A DNA stretch of 53,728 bases, taken from positions 73,551,790 to 73,605,517 of the forward strand of contig NC_068989.1 in NCBI RefSeq assembly GCF_001194135.2, in the 5' to 3' direction. Positions 1-13,331 of this stretch are shown in pieces; the stretch's first letter is position 1; the number at the start of each line of letters is the position of its first letter. The notes under the pieces are model-generated. The model saw only the letters and a list, made by a program, of their open reading frames with translations, had not been told where the DNA came from and made no database searches. This stretch comes from Octopus bimaculoides. Taxonomy: Eukaryota. Made by a program: the position numbers and the translations under genes.

Positions 1-583
1 TATATATATATATACATGCACATATTAAAGTTTGCATGTGTATTATACATATGTATGCATGTGGATATATATATATATGTACGTATGTGTGTGTGTGTGT
101 GTTCTGTTAACTAGTCAATTATATTGTGATTTTGTTCTTTGTACATTCTTATGGCACTGTGAGAAATTGGCATTACCACTGCATCCACCATCCTCATTAT
201 CAATGTTGTTGTTGTTATTATTATTAATTCACAGAGACTTATATTTTTATACACTAAATTTTGAAATATGCTATGCATAAAAATACTTATATAGTTTTCA
301 TACATCTCTTTCATTGCATTCCTACAGGATGGCATAATTGAAATTTAATAATATATTTAAAACTACTTTCTTAGCATACACACACATATATATAGGGAAT
401 GCTGTTAATAGCTGAAAAAGAAGAAATCACATTTTCAAGAAAAATATGAATAAATCTTACTCACTCTGTAATTAGAACTGAATTCTTTTGAATTGTTGAT
501 TTTCTACCCTAGCAACTTGGTTGCCTAAATTACATACATACAGGCATGCATGAATATAGATATGTGTGCGCGTGTGTGTGTGT

Positions 584-622
<39 letters not shown>

Positions 623-1739
623 CATGCATACATGTATATGTATGCATATATTCATCTCTCTCTCTCTCACTCTAGTGATCTTTTTCTCCCTCCATATATG
701 TGTATAAATATATGTNNNNNNNNNNNNNNNNNNNNNNNNNNNNNNNNNNNNNNNNNNNNNNNNNNNNNNNNNNNNNNNNNNNNNNNNNNNNNNNNNNNNN
801 NNNNNNNNNNNNNNNNNNNNNNNNNNNNNNCAGGAGAGTTGTGTGTGTAGATAGTTTCCATTTTTATAATTTACAACATCATGAAATCTATCCTCGGGAG
901 AAAAGAGTTTCTAATAATAATAATAATAATAATGATGATGATGATGATGATGATAATGATGGTGGGAGTGGTGGTAGTGATGGGGATGATGATGATGTGT
1001 GTGTATGTGTGTGTTTATCTGTAGTAAGCTGAAAAGAAATAGCATTGGTGGTTTCTTTACATCAGCAGCGAGTTAGTTATTTATTCTGAGATCCTTTGGA
1101 GATTAAAAACCGGCAGTTTAGCTCCAAGTGACAAAAAAGAAAGTCATGTATTTTGTTTTATTACATGTCATCTTATTTAATATTACTGTCTTCAAGTTGT
1201 TGCACTTGTACGTGTTACGAATAAATCAATTTATATAGCAATTCTCATGGAACCAAAGACATAATAATATTTGTTTTCATTCTGCATTGTTTCTGAAAAT
1301 AAGTAGTAGGAGAGACAATATTTACTTGCTAAGTGGGTAGCATATTAGGTCTGTGTTGTTAACCCACTGAGGCTGTGATATTTGCCCAAGGGCTGTGATA
1401 TTTGCCCAAGGTGCTGTGCGGTGTAACTGAACCTGGAGCACTGGATACTTTGTTCTACATTGCCTCTGTTCATCTGACCACTGTCTGGTTATCAAACAAG
1501 TTTCTGTGAAAAGTTAACTTGCAATAGACAGATTTTCTCTCACATCTGCTTAATGCTGTGGCAGCTACAATTGGGCTTCTGTCCTATGTCTATTGTTAAT
1601 CCTTTTAGAAAGATTGTAGAAGCCCAACATGACAATGACAAGTCCCTTAACCCCTTGGGGGTCTTTGGGGCACTGCAGCCATGCAGCGTATCTAGGGCAA
1701 GGAAAGCCTGGCAGAGCCCATCCCTCTCCAGGCTAAACT

Positions 1740-2035
1740 AATTTCTACAGCTGACTGGACTGGAGCAACATGAAATGAAGCATTTTGCTTAAGAACACAA
1801 TGGATTGCCTGGCTCAGGAATCGAAACCACAATCTTATGGTCGTGAATCCAACACCCTAACCACTAAGCGATGTACCTCCACTCATGGTACTCATTTCTA
1901 CAGGTGACTGGAATGGAGCAACATGAAATGAAGTGTTTTAATCAAGAACACAACGCCTCACCTGGTCCAGGAATTGAAACCACTCTCTTACAATCGTGAG
2001 TCCAACACCCTAACCACTAAACCACATGCCTCACC
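1740..2035 (-). mobile_element. Two tandem SINE family D 5' halves; a longer copy at about 3290-3590-
   Basis: Repeated atttctacagctga.tggactggagcaacatgaaat.aag...ccaggaatcgaaacca...aaccactaag; tRNA-like head at the right end. Confidence 0.65.
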
Positions 2036-2509
2036 AAACCCAACATAGCATTTCAAATTTCTCTGTAACAGAACTGCCTAACATCATACAAAATTTGATG
2101 CCAGCATGTTGCTTAATAACCCTGTCATTATAATCTTTCTGTTAAAATACATAGTAATGGTTTCAATTTTGGAAGTAGCTAATGTTTGGAACAATAAATT
2201 AGCATGAAATTTTGATGGAATGTTTAAATATAGATAGTTTTAAGTCAGTGAGTTTTTATCATTGAACCAGGACTGTTTTCAAGTGGGTTGGTGGCAAGAG
2301 GGTTAAATTTGTCAGCCATCAAAAATTACAGTGTTCTTCTTAGACGACATTGTAAAACTCACATAATAACAAGACATAAGAGGAGTATGTATCTTATTTA
2401 TAGACTAATACACAATGATTGTCAGCTGTGCAAGTATTTTTATTGATGTTTACAATCAGAGTGTGTGTAGTCTGGAATGATAACTCACCTCTCTCTCTGT
2501 CTCTCTGTC

Positions 2510-2642
<133 letters not shown>

Positions 2643-5600
2643 AGGTTCACTTCACAATCATTAGCTTCAGGTTCAGTCCCACTGCATGCCACCTTTGGCA
2701 AGTGTTTTCTGCAATAGCCCCAGGCCAACCAATGCCTTGTGAATAAATTTGGCAAGCAGAAATTTTTTTTGTGAGGTGGGTCTAGTTGATTACATTGGCC
2801 CCAGTGTGAAACTGGTACTATTGTCATTGATCCTGAAAGGAGAAGTCAACCTCAGCGGAATTTGAACTCAGAACATAAAGACAGAAGCTATGTCACTAAG
2901 CCTTTTGCCAGTTGTGCTAACAAATCTGCCAGCTCTTTGCCTTGTCTAAATCATTAATATTGATTTCAAATGTCGGCATTAGGCCCACACATGATGTGGG
3001 TGGTGGGTGGCGTATATATCCATTTACATCAACCCCCAGCTCTTGATTGGTAACCTATTTTATCAATCTCAAAAGTGTGAAAGGGAAAAGGTGAATAAAC
3101 ATTATTGAGATTTGTATTCTGCATGTAAAGAGAGAACTAAATACTACAAGATATTTTGCCCGACCCACTATCAGTTCTGTTGATCACTGCTAAAACCAAA
3201 ACATTAATACTGAGTAAACTATCACTCTTATAATAAATACCATTGTGTATTTATATATTTCAATCATATTAGAGTTATCTGCCTTGTTTACTAAAAGGGC
3301 AAAGATCCGCTTTGGTCATGAATGGCCATGGGATTGCACCTAGAAAATTTCCCTCTGAAGCATAAGTCAGGGCATACCAGTCTCCCCACCAATGTTATCC
3401 AAGGGAACAGCAAAGACCATACAGCTTGGCACCAGTGACATCACAACTCATTTCTACAGCTGAGTGAACTGGAGCAACATGAAATAAAGTGTCTTGCTCA
3501 AAAACATAACACACAGCCTGGTCCAGGAATCGAACTCACTATCTCATGATTGTGAGCCCGATGCTGTAGCCACTGAGCCATGTACCTTCACATTGTACTA
3601 TTGCACATGTTTACTATTGTACAAGTAAATACATTTCAAATATCTACTGCTACAATTAAATACAATTTTCTGCATTTTAACTTTATTTCATTATTGTTTT
3701 CAATATTCTAAAGTAAGCTAAATATATTTACTACCGTTATTGATAGCATGGGCTCACAAGTGTATGTATAAGAAGCATCTTGTCCTTGTTTGCTTTGTAA
3801 ACTAGATATAATATTTTCAAAATGTTTGTAAGTGAAATTGTTTTGTTTTTGTTTCTTAGAAACAGAATAAACTGATTTGCATATTGTGTTTATGTTTAAA
3901 TTTAGAGTATCTGTGATGTTGTTGTTGAGCTGGTCTGCTGATTGGACAGAGGTGTTCCAGCTGTGACAATTTTATTTCATGTTTTTCTGTTGATATAATG
4001 TATTTAGGATTACTCTATGCAAATAGCCTTCAATTTTTAAAAGATAGTTGGATGTACTTTAGTGGTGGTGGTGGTGGGAGTTGATTGCTAATGTTTAGAG
4101 TGTCACTCTTGGTGTGTTTGTGTGTAAATATACATAAGGAATAGAAAAGTCAATAAAATGTGACAGCCTGTTTCTGAAAAATAGAAAAAAGTCTAAATTC
4201 AATTAAGTTAACTGAGTTACACTGAAATCATTGTCTACTGTTGCTGTTTAACCCCAAGTAAATCTTGATTGAGCAGGTCTATGATTATAGGCATTCCAAC
4301 CATGGCCATCTCATATCTCTTTTTTTTTTAAAGTATAGTATGTACTGAGTTACATGATCCAGTGTTCAGTATAAGCACACAAAGTGGTGAGCATCAAAAT
4401 AATGATGTGTACTTTTATATCTAATGCGTTTCTGCATACAAGAATGCAAATGGCATTCACTCTAGGACTATCTCAGAGAACAAATAAACATATACATAGG
4501 TAAAGGTATGGCTATGGGCAAAGACATGGGTGGCTTTGTGGCTAAGAAGTTTGCTTCAGAACCACATGGTAAGGGGTTCAGTCCCACTGTGTGAATTTTG
4601 TTGGCCAACATTCTATACTAGAGCCTCCTTGTGAGGGAAATAGGTTGGTAGAAACTCTGTGTTTGTGTGCGTGTGTATGTGTGTATGTGTATGTGTGTGT
4701 GTGTGTGTATGTGTGTGTGTGTGCGTGTATTTTCTCCCTGCTTTTACATGTTCAGTGTATGTGAACAAAACAGTAGCCTCACTATCAATACAAGCAGTAG
4801 TATCATATATTTACTGTCAACCACAAAAGCTCCTTTGGTCTTCTTGGCATATCTTGAGATGTTGTGCAATCTTTGTAAACAAAAGAGACTCTTAACTGTG
4901 TCTAGGCTATTTTGTTGATTGATAAATTAGGAGATTATAATCCTATTTGGAAACAGGTGAGGTTTGCTGATAGGAAACTGCATCCAGCTGTAGAAAATCT
5001 GACTCAACAAATTCCATCTGATCCATACTACCACAAAAAAGTGGATGTTAAGATGATGATGCTGACAACAATAATGGTAATAATGTTGAATAACGATGAC
5101 TATGACGATGAGTACCAGTTGAGCAATGGAGTCAATGTAATTGACTTACCCACTCCCTTGACCTTGTTGGCCTTGTACCAAAGTTTGAAATCATTATTAC
5201 TATCATTAAGTTGTCAAACGAGCAGAATTGTTAGCTTGCTGGGCAAAAACATAGCAGCTTTTCAGTCATCTTTACATTCTGAATTCAAATTATCATTCTT
5301 TGATGTGATATAAATTTCCTAGCATGTATACAAGGCCTCAAATTCTGTGGTTGGGATTATAGTTCCTTGTATTGATCCAAATACTTTGATTTTATTGACC
5401 TTAGAAGACAAAAGGTAAAGTTAACCCCAGCAGGTTTTGAACTCAGAATATGAATGTTACAAAAGAGCAACAACCAACTATTTTGTCAATCACTGTACAA
5501 ATTCTGTCTTTCACCTCATTCTGATGCAATAATAATAATGTCTTCTCTAGGCACAAGAAAAGAAATTTGTACAACAGGATATTTTGTTGACCCCAGTACT

Positions 5601-5857
5601 TGACTGGTACCTCATTTTATTGACTTCCCTACGTCCTGCCACAACCTGAAGCACTAAGCCATTGTCAACTCAATAAATAAAGTAAGAATGTAAAGGATCT
5701 GTAACAAAATACAGGTGTGAGCAAGGTATTTATTTTAAGCTGGTATACCAACCAGCCATCTCTGCTTATGAGAAAGCCTCTGGCATGGTCACTCAGTCAC
5801 TCATTTTGTTAGAAATATCAACCAAATTACTTTCAAATCACACACTATCATCTTATA

Positions 5858-6262
5858 GGCGCAGGAGTGGCTGTATGGTAAGTAGCTTGTTTACCAACCA
5901 CATGGTTCCAGGTTCATTCCCACTGCGTGGCACCTTGGGTAAGTGTCTTCTACTATAGCCTCGGGCCAACCAAAGCCTTGTGAGTGGATTTGGTAGACGG
6001 AAACTGAAAGAAGCCTGTCATATATATGTATATGTGTGTATATGTTTGTGTGTCTGTGTTTGTCCCCCCAACATCGCTTGACAACCGATGGTGGTGTGTT
6101 TAGGTCCCCGTAACTTAGCGGTTCGGCAAAAGAGACCGATAGAATAAGTACTAGGCTTGCAAAGAATAAGTCCTGGGGTTGATTTGCTCGACTAAAGGCG
6201 ATGCTCCAGCATGGCCGCAGTCAAATGACTGAAACAAGTAAAATAGTAAAAGAGAGTAAGAG
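5858..6262 (+). mobile_element. tRNA-derived SINE family A, full length, nested in a family E SINE
   Basis: A-box-like TGGCTGTaTGGT, B-box-like GGTTCAtTCC, CORE-like ccttgggyaagtgtcttctactatagcc, internal (TA/TG)n, tail aagtaaaa.agtaaaagag. Host element continues on both sides (ttcaaatcacacactatcatctta | aagaaaaaggacacatt). Confidence 0.85.
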
Positions 6263-6990
6263 TTAAGAAAAAGGACACATTGGTTGTTGTGGCTCTTGAT
6301 AGTCAGTATCAGTAGTAGGGCAGGGAAAAAAACTTAAAAAAAAAAAATGAGGAGATTGTCCCTCCTGAAATGTTTCTTGATTATTATTTTGTTGAAACTA
6401 ATAATCATGTTGGCTGAAACTCTCACAACAGCAATAACAACAGCTGCAGCATCAATTAAAGGCTGTAGAGATTGCTTGCTGCCTTAGTGCTTTTCTCAAT
6501 ATCACTCTTGCAGAATTTTTCCTTTTTTTTTTTAAATTTTTTTTTTTCTCCAGAGATTTATGTCATCCCTCATAAATATTTTCTTCTTATACAAACAACA
6601 AATTCTGGACCAATTTTCCTATGTACTGGGCTGGGGGAAGGACAAGGTGGTTGGCGCAGATGGTGGGTTTTAATGTTTATAACTACATGGGAAATTAATT
6701 ACCTTGGACGACAATTAACTGAAGTGCTGTGGTTGATAGAGGTGAGAGTGTTTATATTACTAGTAGTTGTAGTGTTGATGACAACCACATGCATAGTTGA
6801 TGACAGGAGTAAAGATAGACATAATATAGGTAAGATGGACATAATACAGGTAAGGTGGACATAATAAATGAGCTGCTTGTTATCAAGATTTATGGCTGTT
6901 TGTTGCTACTTCTCAATTGTTGGCAGAACAAATGTCAAGCAGGGTATATGCAGTGTCTTGAATATAATAATCTCAGCTCAGTGTCTACAT

Positions 6991-7317
6991 CAGTGGTTAT
7001 AAACCATTTTTTATTTATGGAGCCCTTTGATTACTATTCTATTCTGATGGACCCCCCACCCCTGTAGTGATTCCATGTTTAAAAGCTAGTTTTATAGATT
7101 TTTCTTTCAAAATTCCTATTTTGCTTTTCACACATTAACATGTGTAGGTTGAACTTTGTGACACATTTGCAAAAGAAACCTTGCTCTTTCTGGGAATAAA
7201 TACTCCAAAAGCAAACTGTTTTTCCGTGGACCCTTAAATTACTGTGGGTCCTTAATTTACTGTTTTGTTTGCATTGACCCCCAAAAATCTTATATGGATC
7301 CCAGTTGAGAACTATTG
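6991..7317. mobile_element. hAT (Charlie-like) MITE related to 12825-13089
   Basis: Degenerate TIRs CAGTGGTTATAAAC / GTTGAGAACTATTG. 8-bp TSD GTCTACAT (6983-6990) / GTCTCCAT (7318-7325). Internal ggacccc motifs. Confidence 0.7.
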
Positions 7318-8214
7318 GTCTCCATGCATCAGCTTATAAATTTAATGTGGTAGTGAGGTGTATGATGCATCTTGTTCTGTACATGTATTGAGGAAGACAT
7401 TAAGACCAACGCTTATTGTGTACATTAGGGCAGTGAGCTGGTAGAGTCATTACAGCCTGGGATATAATACTTTGTGTTATTTCTTTCAGCTCTCTGATCT
7501 GGGTTCAAATACTGCTGAAGCCAACACTTTGCCTTTCACCTTTTCAACATCGACAAAGTACCAATCAAGTCCAGTATTGGAGTTGGAGTGGGAGAGAAGA
7601 TCACCACTGTGGTGGGTGCAGTCCTTCCTTCCTTGCTTTGTAAGATAATGGTTTCAAATTTTGGCAGAAGGCCAGCAGCAGTTTTGATGGGGGTTGGGGA
7701 GTAAGTTGATTACATCAACCCTCAGTGTTCAACTGGGTCTTATTTTATCAACCCTGAAAGGATGAAAGGCAAAGTGGACCTCATCATGATTTGAACTCAG
7801 AATGTCTAGACAAATGAAATGCCACTAAGCATTTTGCCTGGAATGCTGACAATTCTGCCAGCTTACCACCTTAAGAGTAGGTAAGATATTGTAGTCTTAG
7901 ATATATCATGTCTGGAATAAAATGCAAGATGATCACAACTGCAATACATTTGATCTTAGGTCTGTTCAGTCTTGGTTGACTGACCTTCAAGCTAAACAAC
8001 AACAACAGTTAATTTTTCTCTCTCCTATGACAAAGAGCTCTGCTTGAAATTCTAAGACTTCTCTCCCTTCTCCGCTGGCATTATGATAGATTTCTTTTTC
8101 TGAAGGTTTTTGTGCTTACTATATAACAATATAAACCATTGCTCGTTTCCACAGATTCTGTTTTGCTGTTGTTGTGGACACTCAAAGTGATGCCACATAA
8201 CATGCAGTTGTTAA

Positions 8215-9100
8215 ATAATTGTTTCTAATTTAGGCTCCAGGGCCAGAGTTTTTGAGGTGGGGTGTTTATTGATTATGTGTTCTTAATTTTGAGAGAACTA
8301 TACCAGTATTTGACTTGTAGTTCATTTTATCTCTCCTTGAATGATGTAAAGCTAAATTAACTTTAACAGGATTTGAACTCAAAACATAAAGAGTTGGAGC
8401 AAATACTGCAAACTATTTTGTCTGATACTTTAATGATTCTGAAACTCCAATAATCCTTTCTACTATAGGCACAAGGCCTGAAATTTGGCAGGAGGGTGGG
8501 GGTCAGTCAATTAGATCGACCCCACTATGCAACTGATGCTTAATTTATTGACCCCGAGAGGATGAAAGGCAAAGTTGACCTCGACAGAATTTGAACTCAG
8601 AACATAAAGACACACGAAATACTGCTAAGCATTTTGCCCAGTGTGCTAACGATTCTGGGTGAAATGCTGCAAATTCAATAATAATTCTTTTTACTATATG
8701 CACAAGGCCTGAAATTTTGGGGAGGGGGATAATTTATTAGATTTACCCCAGTATTTGACTGGTACTTTACTTTATCAGTTCTGAAAGGATGAAATGCAAA
8801 ATTGACTTTGGCAGAATTTGAACTCAGAATGTAAAAATGGATGAAATTGTGCTTAACATTTTGTCTGGCTTGCTAATGATCCTGTTAGCTCATCACTTTA
8901 AATCCAACAACAATAATAATAATTTCTAATTTTGGTACAAGGTCAGTAATTTTGTGGGGAGGAAAATGGATGATTACATCAACCCCAGTCCCCTGTACTT
9001 GACAAGTATTTTATTTCATTAATCCCTTTTCCCAGAAGGATGACTGGCAAAAACGACCTCGGTGAAATTCTATCTCCGGTAAACAGACAGAATGAAGTAC
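8215..9100 (-). mobile_element. Four consecutive same-orientation family B SINEs. Other minus copies at about 2760-3180, 5330-5700, 7645-7870, 22845-23270, 23575-23940 and 27315-27450
   Basis: Repeated ggcacaaggcc.gaaattt.gggga...acccca...gaaaggatgaaaggcaaagttgacc...atttgaactcagaa. Confidence 0.75.
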
Positions 9101-9552
9101 CACAAGGCTGGTGTTTGGAACATAATTCAACAAAAAAAGTTCAAACATGAAATCATAATAGATTTTAATTAGAGAATGAATACATTAACTTTTTTGATCC
9201 CAGGCCATCTAAGATCACCTCTGGCTCTGGTGATACACTTCTCCTGATTCCAATTATATCTAAATTAAAACTTCTAATTATATTTTTTATATAAGAACAG
9301 TTTATTTATTTCTCTAAATCACTAAAATTTCTTGCAATGATTATCTTCAAAATTAATTCAAATACTGTGTATTTCATTAGAAATATGTTAATGAGTGCAT
9401 TTTAAAAGAAGCAGGTTTTGTATCAAAGATGCTTTCATATTCTTGTCTCAGGTAGGTTTGTATAAAGAGGGCTAACACTTTTACCTTCACTCACTCACCT
9501 GTTTTCACTGTTTAGCAATAATAAATGATTCCTTTATTTTGTTTCTTTTCAG

Positions 9553-9605
9553 TGGTTGGTGTTGGATCTTGGTGCTTTCATATGACTTTGCTCTACAGTA
9601 TGCAG
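9553..9605 (+). CDS. ACER3: Alkaline ceramidase (ACER3-like) internal exon, 53 nt
   Basis: Polypyrimidine acceptor tttgtttcttttcAG (9551-9552) and donor GTacta (9606). Reads (x)tg-V-G-V-G-S-W-C-F-H-M-T-L-L-Y-S-M-Q, matching recalled human ACER3 VGMGSWCFHMTLKYEMQ, including the S77-x-x-x-H81 zinc-site motif. Starts in phase 1, ends in phase 0. Confidence 0.95.
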
Positions 9606-10542
9606 GTACTAAAAAATTTTCTTTCTCTCCTACCTCTTGTTCTTTTTCTGTTCTTCATTTTAAATTTTTAACTTTCTTCTCCTAATGTATTTCAATTAAA
9701 TTAATATTTAATTAATCTAATATTTTAGCTCAGCCAGTTTCTTTTTCATTTTTGTTTTTATAATTTTGATTTTCATAATATTTCTTTTTTTTTTTTTTNN
9801 NNNNNNNNNNNNNNNNNNNNNNNNNNNNNNNNNNNNNNNNNNNNNNNNNNNNNNNNNNNNNNNNNNNNNNNNNNNNNNNNNNNNNNNNNNNNNNNNNNNN
9901 NNNNNNNNNNNNNNNNNNNNNNNNNNNNNNNNNNNNNNNNNNNNNNNNNNNNNNNNNNNNNNNNNNNNNNNNNNNNNNNNCACCACCAACACCACCACCA
10001 CCACCACCAACACCACCACCACCACCAGTATCATCATCATTAACCTAATCTCGATTGTGAAACATCATTATTAATATTTTCGCATTCATTATCTTAATTA
10101 ATTTCTTCCAGGAAATTTCATGTATTCAATATTAATTAGGATATCTTGGAAACCTTCTTATGGTTGTAACCCAAGTATAATCTGAATAATGCAAAAACTC
10201 ATTAGTTGTAAAACCATCTTTGAGCTTCATTCTTCAGTTTCTCTGTTCTGGAAGCCTTTTAATCAAGTTGGGTATCCATTTTGTGGTGGATTTTTGCTTT
10301 TCCATTTCTTTAACATGTGTTTTTTTTATGGTAGCATGGGTTAGACAAGAGAGATATATCAGGCAAGATTCTATGATGGATACTTTTCCTGTTGCTTTTC
10401 CTGTTTTGCAATTAAGGTTTTTTTTGTTTTTATATTCCATTAAACTACAGAAGTGCAGAACAGCTGGTCATAATGTCAACAAGGAATGTCAACTTTATCA
10501 TTCAAGTGGCAACAAGCATGGAATATCAACACACACACACAC

Positions 10543-10770
10543 ACTGGCAATCAGACATACATGTACACACACACACATGCACGCATAGTGGCAATCATAC
10601 ATCTGTGTACACACACTGGCAATCAGACATACATGTACACACACACACATGCATGCATAGTGGCAATCATACATCCATTTACACACTGACAATCACACAT
10701 CCATTTACACATGCATTTACACATATCATACATCCATTTACACACTGACAATCATACTTCCATTTACAAG
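10543..10770. repeat. Compound minisatellite: duplicated unit of about 72 bp plus cacactgacaatcatacatccattta subunits
   Basis: cacactggcaatcagacatacatgtacacac...gcatagtggcaatcatacatc occurs twice, followed by shorter derivatives. Confidence 0.75.
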
Positions 10771-10773
10771 TAA

Positions 10774-10938
10774 GGCGGAGAGCTGGCAGAAACGTTAGCA
10801 CGCCGGGCGAAATGCTGAGCTATATTTCGTCTGCCACTACATTCTGAGTGCAAATTCCGCCGATGTCGACTTTGCCTTTCATCCTTTCGGGGTCGGTTAA
10901 ATAAGTACCAGTTATGCACTGGGGTCGATATAATCGAC
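10774..10938 (+). mobile_element. tRNA-derived SINE family B, young copy; another at 41682-41913+
   Basis: Head ggcgg.gagctggcagaaacgttagcacgccgggcgaaatgc...ctgagt(t/g)caaattcc. Body gcctttcatcctttcggggtcg.t.aaataagtacc resembles the central domain I recall from MetaSINE/Sauria-type SINEs (assignment tentative). Confidence 0.75.
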
Positions 10939-11970
10939 ACACACATATACTTACTATATATGCATATTCTTTTATTCTTTTACTTGTTTCAGTCATTTGG
11001 CTGTGGTCATGCGGGAACACTGTCTTTTAAGTTGAAGAAATCGCCCCCAGAACTTATTCTTTTCACAGAAGACTGGAAACAAGGGACACCACTTGTATAG
11101 CAGTGACACAATTGCATATTTTTATATGTATTGTGTGATGTCAGGACAAGGAGATGTCTTTCAGACACACACATACATGATGGGCTTCCATTGGTTTCCA
11201 TTGAGCAAGCCCATGCACAAGTCTTTGGCCAACTTGGGGCTATTGTAGAAGACAGTTGTTCAAGGTACCATGCAGTGGGACTGAGCCTGAAATCACGTGG
11301 TTAGGAAACGAACTTCCTACTTACACAGCCATGCCTATGCCTTGTCTACACACACGTACCAATCATGTAAGAGTGGAGTTGACCTACCTGTCATCTGCTA
11401 AATGCAGCAATGTTGGTAAATGAGAAATTGCATTACATTGCTTTGCAGTTAATTGACGAGTATGCTGTGAATTTCCAGTACTGTATTCAACAGCTTCTAT
11501 GCAAAACAAACATACTCTGTGATAGGCTAGCACTCTGTCTAGTTGAAGAAATCATACTCCTCTATATGATTTAATAGCATTTTGCAAATTAGTCAGGAGC
11601 CTCTATGCAGTGGCTTGACCTACTAAAAAAAAGGAGCCAAATCCCTTCAAATCATCCACCACCATCCTAGTCTGTTATCTTAAAGGATCAAAAAATAGGT
11701 TGGTCATAACTGGAACAACACCTGGTTAATGGATTGAACAACACCTGGTTAATGAGTTGGTGTTTTTGTTGACTCATATATACTGATTGAATTTACCAGT
11801 TTTTTTTTTGTTTTTTTTACCATTACTGTGAAAAATACAATGTTTTTATTTTGCTGCCAAAAGACAAATCAGCAGTCACATGCTTCCCTTCCGGTCATTT
11901 CAATATGTGACTGCATGTGTATCGTTGGCGATTTTCTTTCTCCGTCTTCCCTTCTTTGGACTTTTTCTAT

Positions 11971-12005
11971 ATTTCTGATGAAGAGGTCCACTCGAAACGT
12001 GAAAT
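11971..12005 (+). ncRNA. Minimal type I hammerhead motif in a Penelope-like terminal-repeat remnant (about 11900-12120)
   Basis: attt-CTGATGA-a-GAG(gtcca)CTC-GAAA-cg-T-g-aaat. Position 17 is G, normally non-cleavable. Followed by a T-rich tract and (TA)n. Confidence 0.6.
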
Positions 12006-12244
12006 CCTCTTTCTTTTCTTTCCTTTCCTGAGCGTGAAATAACAATGTACTTATTCCACGTCCTCGCGTTGTTGTTTTTTCGTGTTTTTTCTTGCTTATT
12101 CATGTTTGGATTGACTATATATATATATATTATAAACAAACTTTGTAGGTGTTGAATGTGTTTGGTATTTTACAGAAAGTAAATTTCAACTGCAGTAAAA
12201 CTGTAGAAACAGCAAAAAAAAGATTTGGTATTTACCCTTATGAA

Positions 12245-12335
12245 ATGGAAAAAAGTTGCCAGCAGGCAGCTACGGGAATCAAACCTATACTTCTTAGATA
12301 CTGGCTGAGTGCTCTACCATTAAGCTAAACGGCTC
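12245..12335 (-). pseudogene. tRNA-like sequence (Thr-AGT-like anticodon loop): tRNA pseudogene or short SINE
   Basis: gagccgtTTAGCTTAATGGTagagcactcagccAGTatctaagaagtataGGTTTGATTCCcg, followed about 20 nt later by TTTTTT. The acceptor stem does not pair. Confidence 0.5.
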
Positions 12336-12824
12336 TTGATAGAAATTTCTCTTGTTATATATCATCATGTTCATCATCATTTAATGCCTGTTGTCCATGT
12401 TGGCATGGGTTGGATGGTGTGACTGGAGCTTGCAAGCTGGTGGGAGCCTGCACCAGACTTTAGTCTCATTTGACATGGTCTCTATGCCTGGATGCCCTTC
12501 CTGATGCCAACCACTTTACAGAGTGTGCTGGGTGCTTTTAACGTGGTCCCACATGGGTGCTTTTACATGGCACTGTCACAAGTGCTTTACACCACCAGAA
12601 GGATCAGTCTTAACACTTCTGCTGCGGTGTATGGGTACCAAGTATCTCAGTCCTTAGTCTTCTGACCTGAAACGTTCAGCTTCCTGAGGACATTCATCAG
12701 TAATATATATATAATACTGTATCATATATATTTATATATATATAATACCAAGGGAAGATGAAAGAGACTAAATTGGCTGCAGGATAAATCTATAGATTTT
12801 TCACACAACACTGTTTGTATAGAC

Positions 12825-13089
12825 CAGTGGTTTTCAATAATTTTTTTGCTTTCTGTTTGATATTTTACTATACTGGACCCCCAAAGCCAATTGAAGTCTT
12901 AAGAATCCCATTATATTTTGATAATTAGATATTAGGTATTGCATAAAATAATTGTTAAAATATTTTGTGTATAATAGAAGTATAACCAATTTATTACACA
13001 TAATTTTTAACAACTAAATCTTAAATGGACCCCACCCAAGGGTCAAATGGACCCCCTAAGGTCATGTGGACTTCATTTGAGAACCACTG
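12825..13089. mobile_element. hAT (Charlie-like) MITE, 265 bp
   Basis: TIRs CAGTGGTTTTCAA / TTGAGAACCACTG. 8-bp TSD GTATAGAC (12817-12824) / GTATATAC (13090-13097). Confidence 0.8.
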
Positions 13090-13331
13090 GTATATACAGA
13101 TATAAACAGATTTTCACATCTGTCCACTTGTACAGTTTTGGTTAAAAAAATCTATAGATATATTCTAAAAATCTATAAATTAAATATTCAAACAAAGCAT
13201 TGTTTAACACACTAGTAATTTATCAGTCAGACTAACTTGCCAAGAATGTGCTATATATGCAAAGCACTTTATTCAGTTTATTTAAGCGCAAGTTAAGAAG
13301 CAGTGTCTTCATAAGTGTTAGAAGGGTACTC

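Noticed and set aside
1371-1410. Exact 20-bp tandem duplication GGCTGTGATATTTGCCCAAG
   Set aside because: Ordinary slippage inside a decayed SINE.
6472-6864. 130-aa ORF with a strong polypyrimidine AG at about 6552
   Set aside because: No recognisable motif, low-complexity ends, and it does not match the expected preceding ACER3 exon.
9381-9451. Possible upstream ACER3 exon ending at the CAG|GTAGGT donor
   Set aside because: With the 9380 acceptor the required phase contains a stop. The 37-nt alternative has a poor acceptor and does not resemble the expected NTxSN...Y..L exon.
12263-12335. Functional tRNA gene (also the SINE heads at 25240, 47430 and 52167)
   Set aside because: Acceptor and T stems do not pair properly, and the heads continue into SINE bodies.
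12660-12705. Minus-strand CTGATGA...GAACGTT motif
   Set aside because: GAAA is incomplete and stems I and II are unconvincing.
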